Shown: one piece after another, positions 40,341 to 49,117 of the stretch | Layout: each line of letters begins with the position of its first letter | Position numbering within the stretch: the first letter of the stretch is position 1 | Source: a virus | Virus record (IMG/VR): IMGVR_UViG_3300034107_000314 | Span: 1-64,000 of that record | Strand: one strand, 5' to 3' | Length of the DNA: 64,000 bases | Program-made: the position numbers and the translations under genes | Notes under the pieces: model-generated | Databases searched by the model: none | The model's input: only the letters and a program-made list of their open reading frames with translations | Told to the model about the DNA's origin: nothing

Positions 40341-41086
40341 AGTATCTCCTTTAATTTATCTAATGTTATTTTTGATTCCTTTTCAAACCCCAAATTTTGC
40401 AAAATACTTGCTACTGCATGAAAACTTGTTGACTTGGATAAAACTTCCTCTATCTTATCTTTCATATCTATCTTCTTATTTAATTCTTCAAGTATATTCG
40501 CGTTAAGATCTATTGGGCGACATCCACATAGAATAGAATTATATACATTATCACCACTTGCAAAACTTAACTTTGAAGAAGCGTAAATGTTCTTTCTGGT
40601 TGGTTCTGGAGCATATCCACAATATCTATTATGTTTGACAATTTGACTAGAATAGAATCTAGATATTACAGATTCTGGAACATTAACATTTTCAAGATTT
40701 TCCAGTGGAGTGTCTTCAATTGATACTAGATCAGCTTTATACTTATCTTGCTTTTCTCCCTTTAGATAAACAAATAAATCTGCATGTCCAGTATCCAATA
40801 TCCAATGGTATAAATCGCCAAAAGCGTCTTTAAACATTTTAAAGTTTGGATGTTCAGGAAAATTATCTTTTTGCAGGACACAAACTCTCATATCTGGACG
40901 TTCTTCAATATTCTTAATCACCGCTTTGGTTAAGAAATTTGCATCTGCTATATATAAATCTGGCTTTACAGTATAAAAAGTATCAAAGGTCGATACTGAA
41001 CCGGGATCATGTTTTGCAGCTTTAAATCCTGAATATAATAGGCATCTACCATATGATATCAAACTATTATCGACTAGTGTTTTCAT
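40337..41086 (-). CDS. Divergent glycosyltransferase-like (CgeB/GT-B-like) protein
   Basis: KPDL, Y.ADLV.I, YCG, ..IY.SSK.S pattern. Confidence 0.4.
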   Translation of the reverse strand: MKTLVDNSLISYGRCLLYSGFKAAKHDPGSVSTFDTFYTVKPDLYIADANFLTKAVIKNIEERPDMRVCVLQKDNFPEHPNFKMFKDAFGDLYHWILDTGHADLFVYLKGEKQDKYKADLVSIEDTPLENLENVNVPESVISRFYSSQIVKHNRYCGYAPEPTRKNIYASSKLSFASGDNVYNSILCGCRPIDLNANILEELNKKIDMKDKIEEVLSKSTSFHAVASILQNLGFEKESKITLDKLKEIL

Positions 41087-41780
41087 TATTAATATCCTTT
41101 AAGCTATCTATTTCTTTTATAAAACTATTACCAATATCAATGCATTTAAAGTTTCCATTATTTTCTATAATTTTATTAATTACTTCAAATGTCAACATAA
41201 ATTTGGGATTAAAATCATTTCTTAATATTAATTTTCTTAATATATTAACTTCTTGCTCTGCGAGAAATGCTATTTGACACCACTTTACAGGTAAACTATA
41301 AGATAGCACTGTTGCATTTCCATTTACTATCGTAACTCCAACTTCTTTATCATCAAACTGCTTCCCCTTATCAACCAATAAGAACGATTGATTGAGATTT
41401 ACATTTTTAAACAAATCTTCACTAATTACTAAGTCCCCATGTAAAAATAGTATATTGTCAAGCATTGAGTTGTTGACTGCTATTTTTAAACTTTCCCCAC
41501 TATTTGTATTTTCATAGGCTGGATTTTCAATAATGCGTGCTTGTTTATTGATTTTACGTATAATTTTATTTATATCAAATCCACAAACTATACTAATTTC
41601 ACACTTATTAAAAATCGCATTGATTATATCTATTTGATTGTCTAATATTGTTTTACCATTATATTTTAACAAGCATCTTGGCTCATAGGATCTTGTTCTA
41701 GAACCTAATCCAGCTGCCAATACAATCACTTGAATAGGAGGAAAGTTCTTATTTTTAATATTTCTTGTAAATCTACTCAT
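41067..41780 (-). CDS. NTP-transferase (LicC/sugar-phosphate nucleotidyltransferase-like)
   Basis: VIVLAAG.GSR....P.CLL..NG.TIL..QI; N..Y..TN...SL; L.GDLV; EID. Confidence 0.85.
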   Translation of the reverse strand: MSRFTRNIKNKNFPPIQVIVLAAGLGSRTRSYEPRCLLKYNGKTILDNQIDIINAIFNKCEISIVCGFDINKIIRKINKQARIIENPAYENTNSGESLKIAVNNSMLDNILFLHGDLVISEDLFKNVNLNQSFLLVDKGKQFDDKEVGVTIVNGNATVLSYSLPVKWCQIAFLAEQEVNILRKLILRNDFNPKFMLTFEVINKIIENNGNFKCIDIGNSFIKEIDSLKDINNENTSR

Positions 41781-42400
41781 GTTACAAAAAGCGCTTCTGG
41801 GATATACCTAACTAAAGCCTTGTTAAATGCATTACGAATAAGATCCATAGGTTCAACAATAAATGATTCCTTGTTTATAACTTCTTTACTAAAAGATATT
41901 TCTTTAATAGGAATAAAGTAATTAACTAGTTGATGTATAGTTGATAAATACTGATATTGTCCATTCGTAATATAATCAGAGTAGACAATTCCAGTCAACT
42001 TGTCTTCGAATTTTTTAAGCGTTTTCTCTACAAAATTTGACATATAAGTAGAACCAGAAGATAGTGTCATGTATATATCTGTTTGTGAGTACATTTTTTG
42101 TATTGCAAATACTTGTAAAGCTTTCACATCAAGAGTATCGACTGTTTTAATGTAAATATAGTTCACATTATTATGGCTTATCTTTTTGATACTATAGTCT
42201 TTAAACTGTTCATAAATAACTTGAGATTGACTGCAACAGCTATTAAAAAATACATTAATTATATCAGCAGAGCTTTCAGATATAGCACCGTTAGATATCA
42301 TACATATATTTGTTGGCTTTACAGTATTGTCAACTACACTCAACACAGACTTTAAAAAATCTTTACTGTCTTCAATTGGCAATATTACGGTTGATTTCAT
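41777..42400 (-). CDS. Degenerate GT2 (GT-A fold)-like protein
   Basis: TVILP....L.SV...T..P..I..I(SNG); DI...L(SSG)..Y...F.EK....F.....GIVYSDY. The acidic DD/DxD residues are absent. Confidence 0.55.
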   Translation of the reverse strand: MKSTVILPIEDSKDFLKSVLSVVDNTVKPTNICMISNGAISESSADIINVFFNSCCSQSQVIYEQFKDYSIKKISHNNVNYIYIKTVDTLDVKALQVFAIQKMYSQTDIYMTLSSGSTYMSNFVEKTLKKFEDKLTGIVYSDYITNGQYQYLSTIHQLVNYFIPIKEISFSKEVINKESFIVEPMDLIRNAFNKALVRYIPEALFVT

Positions 42401-42926
42401 CTATTTCCTCCCAAGTTTTAATCATTGATGGTGACTGTTCTTTTATTTTTTCTTCATATGTCATATTTTTGACAATATCATTTTCTTCGTCAATCTCTAA
42501 TTTACTTCCTTTTAAATACTTGAAGATATAATTAAAATATGCCATACCATTAATAGAATCCGAATCATGTCTTATTAAAGCTACTGGGATATTAGATGTA
42601 GTTATTTTATTTATTTTTAAATAAAGATCTTCATTAAAATCTTCACCAACAATATTTACAACAGTCCATCCATTTTTGATATTATTAATGAATTGGTCTA
42701 ATATATAGATATCCGGTATTTTATTATAATTTAGTACAATATTATATTGGCATTCCAAGTATCTCATTTCATCAATAATATCGTCAGCAGACTCTTCTAG
42801 ATTATGACAAATACCAATCCAGTTTGGATTATGATGTAATACCTTAGATATATTATCTTTTAATTGTGATAAGTGAGATACATCTTTTAGTATAAAGATG
42901 TATCCTATTTTATTGTATATATTCAT
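42372..42926 (-). CDS. Hypothetical protein, possibly degenerate GT-A-like
   Basis: Located in the GT cluster; only weak alpha/beta pattern. Confidence 0.4.
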   Translation of the reverse strand: MNIYNKIGYIFILKDVSHLSQLKDNISKVLHHNPNWIGICHNLEESADDIIDEMRYLECQYNIVLNYNKIPDIYILDQFINNIKNGWTVVNIVGEDFNEDLYLKINKITTSNIPVALIRHDSDSINGMAYFNYIFKYLKGSKLEIDEENDIVKNMTYEEKIKEQSPSMIKTWEEIDEINRNIAN

Positions 42927-43342
42927 AGTACTTTCGTATACTCAAGTTTAAATTCTATATTACTAAGAACGACAGATTTTAATTGTATATACTGAAATTG
43001 GTTTAGAAAATCTTTTACTAATTCATTTGTAATAAAAGATTTAAACCCCTTGGCCTGTTCTGCCATTTGATTCAATTCTAATAAATTACCAGTTTTTCTA
43101 TATGCAAATACTAGTAGATCAAAATCAATATCGCTAATGATTAAACTTCCTTCAGGTCTAAGTTTCTTTACAATTAGAGAAAGAATATTTGGAATTTTGT
43201 TAATACTATACTGTCTCAACAATCCATCAAGTATAATTGAAGTACACTCAGAATCATCTGCAACATATTCCAACATTTCAACCTGTGATAAAACCTTAAA
43301 TGATTCGTCTTTAATAGACCTGTTTCCAAGATATACTTTCAT
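42923..43342 (-). CDS. Degenerate SAM-dependent methyltransferase-like protein
   Basis: K.YLG...D......I.....L......L.....KL.P.G.L.I...DF resembles Methyltransf_11, but the GCG and H.LEH motifs are lost. Confidence 0.55.
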   Translation of the reverse strand: MKVYLGNRSIKDESFKVLSQVEMLEYVADDSECTSIILDGLLRQYSINKIPNILSLIVKKLRPEGSLIISDIDFDLLVFAYRKTGNLLELNQMAEQAKGFKSFITNELVKDFLNQFQYIQLKSVVLSNIEFKLEYTKVL

Positions 43343-44424
43343 ATAAATAAATCCTTAACTAAATTGCTATTTGTAAAATTAAACTTATCGACAGAACTAA
43401 TACATTTTTCTGAAATGTCTTGATATGAATCTTTGTTATTTAAAAATAACTCATATACTTCTCTCATTTTATTTTGTAAACCTAACACATCAATATTTAG
43501 CCAGTTGTCTTCAGATGTATATAAATCATCAAATGAATTATTTTCTGAATAACAAGGAGCTAGGTAAGAACGCACTGGATATCCATGAATATCATATTCT
43601 GAAATGCCAATTCCATCAGTATAAATAGGCACTACTCCCAATGCAGTTGCTTCGATGGCTGGATAGCACCAGCCTTCACCATGACTAGGAATTACAATTG
43701 CGTGACACTGCCTAAGAGTAGAGAAAACTATCTCTTCTGGTATCTGGTCAGCAATAACGATTTCTTTTTTAAATTTCTTATACTTTTTCATTTTGGACTT
43801 AACATTATCACAAAATTCTGTGACTTGTTTTATATTTCCAACAGTTTTTATATATAAATTTACTGGTTCTATATATTCAAATTCACTATGGAAAGCAATT
43901 AACAAGCTCTCTAAATTTTCTTTTTCATGTATAGATCCTATGAACACAAAATTAAATTTATTATTTAGCTCAGGTATACTTACTGTAGATTTTGTATCAA
44001 TAATTTTATTATAATTAAAACTATGGTTAAATACTTTTACCTTATCTGCATCAATTCCAGATCGTAATAGACATTCCTTGGATACCTCGCTAGGAACAAA
44101 AATTAAATCCATTAGTTTAATATTTTTAATCCATAGTGTATTCGTTAATTTTAACATATCAAGCTCTAATGCCGCTATGTTAATTGCCCCTCCGATATAT
44201 TTATAATCTTTGGGAAGGTAATGATGGACAACGTAATCAAAATCATCAGATGTTTTAGAAGTTAATTCCTTGATATCCTCTTCAAAATATGTATTTGCAT
44301 TGTTATATTTTATTTGAGTGCAATATACATCATGCCCAGCATTGTGCAGAGCTAATGCATTATATGTAGCGGCTTTTGCCCATTCAGTACCATCAGCAAA
44401 ATTTCCTATATATTTAATTTTCAT
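43339..44424 (-). CDS. Glycosyltransferase family 4 (GT-B)
   Basis: FVPS, F.F.FIG....KEN...L..AF..EF, PSHGEGWCYP.IEA.A.G (EX7E motif). Confidence 0.9.
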   Translation of the reverse strand: MKIKYIGNFADGTEWAKAATYNALALHNAGHDVYCTQIKYNNANTYFEEDIKELTSKTSDDFDYVVHHYLPKDYKYIGGAINIAALELDMLKLTNTLWIKNIKLMDLIFVPSEVSKECLLRSGIDADKVKVFNHSFNYNKIIDTKSTVSIPELNNKFNFVFIGSIHEKENLESLLIAFHSEFEYIEPVNLYIKTVGNIKQVTEFCDNVKSKMKKYKKFKKEIVIADQIPEEIVFSTLRQCHAIVIPSHGEGWCYPAIEATALGVVPIYTDGIGISEYDIHGYPVRSYLAPCYSENNSFDDLYTSEDNWLNIDVLGLQNKMREVYELFLNNKDSYQDISEKCISSVDKFNFTNSNLVKDLFI

Positions 44425-46073
44425 TTAGCACCTAATTTCTGTAATCTAGCGTTTTCCCAGTCATTAAACATTGATCTCATATTTAAGCACATATGGAATG
44501 CTTTTTCAATATTAAATTCCTCATATCTTTTTTCCATGTCTGGATGAGAATAATCATTATAATAATATCCGGGAATAGTGGATGTTAAAGTTGCTCTATA
44601 AGTAAGATCCTTTACCATTCTTTTCCACATAGACTGATTAATCAATTCTGGCTTACCAAGTACATGAATAAATAGCCAGCTAATCTGATCTGATGTTGTC
44701 ATATTTGCTATATCACTTGGTAGTGATGTTTGAGGAGTAAATAATCTAGACCCAGATTCCCAAGTTTGAGATTTATCAAGCACCGGAGCGTTTAAGAAGT
44801 AATTAAGCCATTTATTTGCGGCATAATCCCAATTATAAATCTCTTTAGAATTTTCATAGCATTTCTTAGCTATGTAATTTCTCTTGGACTTATCTAAGCT
44901 TAAACTTTCAATAGTTGCTGCTAAAGCTTTATTGTCTGGTATAGCTCGGTTACATCCCGTCTCAAGTTCTTTATAAAGAGCCAGAGGTTTAATGCCAACC
45001 CCTTTAATGTTATTAATCAAAGATTCCATAGCAGAATATTCAATTGATATAACTGGCAAACCTGCGTATGCAGCTTCTAACTGAGGCATTCCCCAACCTT
45101 CACTATTCGCCCATTGAATATAGACATCAAATAGATTATATACTTTATTGAGTTCGTCTTCATTAATCTTGTTTGATATTCCAACTACTGCTGATGAAAA
45201 TGTATTGCATTTATAACAAAATGTTACAGAGTCATTAAAGAATAGTGGCTTGATATCACCACAGTTTTTACACTTGTAGGTCATCAAGACTTTATTTCCA
45301 AGTCCATTCTCTTTAATCAGCTCTGGGATATCCCAACCAACATCAGGATATGCAGTATGGCAATACAGATAGACATTCTTCATGTCAGGGTTGTTATCTA
45401 TAAAGATTTTGAAAGCTTTGAACAAATCGTTATAAAGTTTTCTTCGTTGATTTCTCATGACTGTGCCAAAGATAATGATATCTTCCTCAAGTCCGAAGCT
45501 ATTACGCAATTCTTTCTTATTTTTAATTGGAAAGAAACTATTGCTAGCGCATGGTGATGCTACGTCAATAAAGTTAATATTCTTTGATTGTTTGAGCATG
45601 GTATCTCTTCCAAACTCTGAATATGCGAATACACCATTTGCAGATGAGTAAGTATCGATCCAGCTTGATGCTTGAGGTTCGGCATCTACAGTTGGCATGA
45701 TAGCCCAATTAAAGAAATCTCTAAATGGAGACCTTTCCTCAAATTCAAGCATCCACCAATCTCTAATATCCATTACAAAGTCCGGCTGAAAATCTAGCAA
45801 GACATTATTAAATGAAAATTCTCCAAATTTATTAGCCATAGAAGCATTGTAGAAATTCATCGCCTCATGATTGTTTGCATCTGGGATATTTGCATAAAAT
45901 TTCCAAGGGATATCTTTAATTTCTTCTGCTTCTGGTCCTGAAAAGCATCCTAATTCAGCCACTTCAAGCTCTGGGTGTTTAGATAATCTTTTTAAGATTT
46001 CCTTGGTATATACAGAGTATCCAGTGGGGTGAAAAGACGCCTCAGTTACAAAAAGAACTTTTTTCTTTTTCAT
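44421..46073 (-). CDS. Glycosyltransferase family 4 with zinc-ribbon insert
   Basis: TGY......I..RL, V.RNQ.RK...L..AF, YN.FDV......EGWGMP.LEA..AG.P; CKNC...CYKC insert. Confidence 0.9.
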   Translation of the reverse strand: MKKKKVLFVTEASFHPTGYSVYTKEILKRLSKHPELEVAELGCFSGPEAEEIKDIPWKFYANIPDANNHEAMNFYNASMANKFGEFSFNNVLLDFQPDFVMDIRDWWMLEFEERSPFRDFFNWAIMPTVDAEPQASSWIDTYSSANGVFAYSEFGRDTMLKQSKNINFIDVASPCASNSFFPIKNKKELRNSFGLEEDIIIFGTVMRNQRRKLYNDLFKAFKIFIDNNPDMKNVYLYCHTAYPDVGWDIPELIKENGLGNKVLMTYKCKNCGDIKPLFFNDSVTFCYKCNTFSSAVVGISNKINEDELNKVYNLFDVYIQWANSEGWGMPQLEAAYAGLPVISIEYSAMESLINNIKGVGIKPLALYKELETGCNRAIPDNKALAATIESLSLDKSKRNYIAKKCYENSKEIYNWDYAANKWLNYFLNAPVLDKSQTWESGSRLFTPQTSLPSDIANMTTSDQISWLFIHVLGKPELINQSMWKRMVKDLTYRATLTSTIPGYYYNDYSHPDMEKRYEEFNIEKAFHMCLNMRSMFNDWENARLQKLGAK

Positions 46074-46076
46074 ATA

Positions 46077-46400
46077 TTATTCCGTTTTACATCCTGCTGA
46101 TTTGAAATTTTTGACTCTAAATACAATTTTTTGACGATTTTGATCATTAAAAACCCACTTATGCTGTCGGGCTTCAGATTCAATAATAAGCATATCACCT
46201 TTTTTGAAGTGTTTAGCAATGGTTGTAGCACCACTATCCCAAGCTTCAAAATCTAAAAAGTCCACCCTGCGATGCTTTTCCCCTTCTTTATCTTTTCTAT
46301 AGTCTTCAACAGCTAAACAAAAATTAACAACATAAGTATTATTAACTTCCCTTAGTTCTGGCTCATTAGCCAATTTTCCTACAAAACAACAATTATTCAT
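46077..46400 (-). CDS. ssb: Single-stranded DNA-binding protein
   Basis: MN....VG.L..EPELR......V.F.LAV....KD.......DF....AW...A......KKG. Confidence 0.9.
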   Translation of the reverse strand: MNNCCFVGKLANEPELREVNNTYVVNFCLAVEDYRKDKEGEKHRRVDFLDFEAWDSGATTIAKHFKKGDMLIIESEARQHKWVFNDQNRQKIVFRVKNFKSAGCKTE

Positions 46401-46409
46401 ATGTAATCC

Positions 46410-48017
46410 TTAAATTTGCATAACTCTTTTTACAACAAATGATTTATCCTTCTTTTCCTGTACTTCTCCATATAATAGTACCGTATTGCCTTCGAAAAGC
46501 AACTTCTTATATTGGGAAAATTCTTCAGAAAAAACCGTAATAGAATCTAATTCACCCGAACTATCTTCGGCAATTACAAATGCCATAAACTCGCCTTCGT
46601 GCTGACCTCTTTTTAGTTTATATTCTCTAACTTGATTTACTTTAACTGCTAATTTGGCATCTTGCATTTTCTTTACTTCGCCATTAGCAATCTCTTTACA
46701 TGTGATATTTACATCATCTAAAGCAAGATTATCTGACTGCGAACAAGTTAAAGAACAACCCATAAGTTTCTGTTCAATATCTGCAATCCACACATAATCG
46801 TCTTCAAGTGAATAAGGAGGATTTTGCAGAGCTTGGTAGATATCTAGTACAGAAGTGATCCTACGGGAATTAATCTTATCATTATTATTAATCATTCTAT
46901 TAACTAATTCAATGAATGGAGCGTTAGCCATGTTTGTGCTTTTCCAATGATCTATGATCCACCCTTGCTCTTTGATAGTTAGCTTATTCCAAATATCAAA
47001 TTCAAAGATCATTCTATTTCTATTAAGCTTATTATTCTTACCTATTAATCCACCTACACTAATAATAGAAATGAATGCATTCTTCTTTATCTCATTGCCA
47101 ATAAGGAACAAGCATTCTAACCAATTGAAGTCTTTGATAGGTTTTCTTGCAATACCTTCCGCTTCTTTGACAACCTTGGCTAATGTTTCCTGTTCACCCT
47201 CTCCAACATTCTTAACATCGCTATATCCAAAGTATATGACATTCCTATCTCTATCCATTGTAAAGCGACGATAGAAGAAGTCAAGTCTAGGGGGCAGAAC
47301 TTCAATTCCTTGTAGTTTCGCATCCATAATCAACTCTTTAATCTCTCGCTGCTTATCTGGCTTACTAGATGCATTGTTTAGATACACTGTATAAAATTTA
47401 ATTGGATCATGAGTTTTACAATATGCAGAAGCAAAAGAGTTAATAGCGTATGCCACAGCGTGAGATTTATTAAATGAATAGCGAGCAGATGCTGCAATCC
47501 ATTCAAAAATCTTAGCTGCTGATACGTCATCTACTAATCCTTTAGCTTTTGCTCCATTGATAAACTTCTCTTCAACTTCTTTCATAAGTGCCGCATCTTT
47601 TTTACCCATAGCTTTACGTAGTGAGTCAGCCTCTTCAGGTGTAAAGCCAGCAATCTCTGTAGCAATACGCATAGCTTGTTCTTGATATACGATAATTCCA
47701 TAAGTTTTACCCAGCACTGTTTCCAGTGCCGGGTGTAAATATTTGGTCTCGTCAATCTTAGCCTTGCGATCTGTATAGTGCTTGGTCATGGATTTGCCGT
47801 CTAATTCGGCCTCTAGCGTGCCGGGGCGAATAATGGATACCAAGTCAGCTAATTCGTCAATAGAGCGAGGTTGCGCCCTTTTTGCCCAACTGGAACCCAG
47901 TCTGGACTCCAATTGAAAAACACCCTTAGTTCTCCCGCTGCAAATCAGATCCCAAGTCGCTTCGTCGTCAAAATTTTTGATATCTTCAATATGAACCATT
48001 GAATGCCCTTTCGACAT
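46410..48017 (-). CDS. dnaE: DNA polymerase III alpha, C-terminal part (fingers, HhH, OB)
   Basis: G.T.GVFQLES, RPG, TYG.IVYQEQ.M, AD.LRKAMGKK, Y.FNKSHA.AY, G..MAF...ED.SG. Confidence 0.92.
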   Translation of the reverse strand: MSKGHSMVHIEDIKNFDDEATWDLICSGRTKGVFQLESRLGSSWAKRAQPRSIDELADLVSIIRPGTLEAELDGKSMTKHYTDRKAKIDETKYLHPALETVLGKTYGIIVYQEQAMRIATEIAGFTPEEADSLRKAMGKKDAALMKEVEEKFINGAKAKGLVDDVSAAKIFEWIAASARYSFNKSHAVAYAINSFASAYCKTHDPIKFYTVYLNNASSKPDKQREIKELIMDAKLQGIEVLPPRLDFFYRRFTMDRDRNVIYFGYSDVKNVGEGEQETLAKVVKEAEGIARKPIKDFNWLECLFLIGNEIKKNAFISIISVGGLIGKNNKLNRNRMIFEFDIWNKLTIKEQGWIIDHWKSTNMANAPFIELVNRMINNNDKINSRRITSVLDIYQALQNPPYSLEDDYVWIADIEQKLMGCSLTCSQSDNLALDDVNITCKEIANGEVKKMQDAKLAVKVNQVREYKLKRGQHEGEFMAFVIAEDSSGELDSITVFSEEFSQYKKLLFEGNTVLLYGEVQEKKDKSFVVKRVMQI

Positions 48018-48201
48018 AATTCTTATACGCTTCTTCCAGCAATTTTATTAACTCATGATCATCATCAGTTATATATTCAGTCTGAGTATAGTCATCATAA
48101 TAATCCTCAGAATACCAGTCACCATCTGCATCTCGCTTATAATAACCATTATCTGTTTTAACATAGAAAAAGACTTCTCTGCTAACTGATATTATTTTCA
48201 T
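47986..48201 (-). CDS. Small acidic hypothetical protein
   Basis: 71 aa, overlapping both neighbours. Confidence 0.6.
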   Translation of the reverse strand: MKIISVSREVFFYVKTDNGYYKRDADGDWYSEDYYDDYTQTEYITDDDHELIKLLEEAYKNYVERAFNGSY

Positions 48202-48905
48202 AATGTAATATCCATAGGGGCATTTGCAAATGACTTCTCAAAGTTAGTCTTAGAATTTAACTTGCGTTGATACTTCATAAATCTGACAAAGATATTTGCA
48301 GTGTCAACAACATCATAGATAGCGTTGTGGGCATTTGCTTTACTCTCTTCGGGGAATCCAAAGAACTCTCTCAGGTATCCCATGTTTAATTTCTTAACTG
48401 CATCATTATCTTCAAACCATCCAAACAATACATCCATCATGTCTACTTTATAAATTTGATGAACGAGCTTTTGCTTTCCGGTTTTTTCTTCAGATGGCCC
48501 ATACATTTGACAATACCTATTTAAGATTGGCATATCATAGTTATTGATATTAAATCCTACAGGAATAGGTGCAAAGTATGGAGATCCTTTCATATTAAAC
48601 TTAGTTACAAAATTAGAGAACTGCTGCCAAGCAACTTTAGGCCCAACAGCTTTTTCTAATTGTTCGCGAGTCTTGCGAGTTACGTCAAGAGCTTCTTGTT
48701 CAACAGGATCGAACCCTGCTTTAATAGCTTTCTCATCATCAAACTCAGGTCGTACTTCAATGTCAAATACTCCACCCGGCTGAAGTGTTAGCTTCTTACC
48801 ATGCAATACTACTGCTGAGATTTGAGTCAATTGACACTTGTTTGGATTCTTGCCTGTGGTTTCAAAGTCAAAAATCAAAAAATCACGATTGCTGTTTAGT
48901 GACAT
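48198..48905 (-). CDS. dnaQ: DEDDh 3'-5' exonuclease (Pol III epsilon-like)
   Basis: DFETTG, GFN...YD, HNA..D. Confidence 0.88.
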   Translation of the reverse strand: MSLNSNRDFLIFDFETTGKNPNKCQLTQISAVVLHGKKLTLQPGGVFDIEVRPEFDDEKAIKAGFDPVEQEALDVTRKTREQLEKAVGPKVAWQQFSNFVTKFNMKGSPYFAPIPVGFNINNYDMPILNRYCQMYGPSEEKTGKQKLVHQIYKVDMMDVLFGWFEDNDAVKKLNMGYLREFFGFPEESKANAHNAIYDVVDTANIFVRFMKYQRKLNSKTNFEKSFANAPMDITL

Positions 48906-49116
48906 AGTTCTCTCTCAATTCTAAAAATTTATCAATAGCTTCGTTTAGGTCGTAAAATATTTGTGAGAATTTATTATTATGGACTTGATATATTCCATTC
49001 TTCTTCTCTCTGTACCAAGGAACATGATTTCTTAGATCGGATAAGCTCAAATCTTTAAAGTCAATGTCATTACCATCCCTGATAACAGTTGCGTAGTCTA
49101 GAAATTTTTCCTTCAT
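48883..49116 (-). CDS. Hypothetical protein
   Basis: 77-aa ORF in the operon. Confidence 0.6.
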   Translation of the reverse strand: MKEKFLDYATVIRDGNDIDFKDLSLSDLRNHVPWYREKKNGIYQVHNNKFSQIFYDLNEAIDKFLELRENYVTKQQS

Positions 49117-49117
49117 G

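Noticed and set aside
48018-49117. Intein or group I intron interrupting dnaE
   Set aside because: No intein terminal motifs, and the gap is fully occupied by three overlapping ORFs with no room for a ribozyme core.
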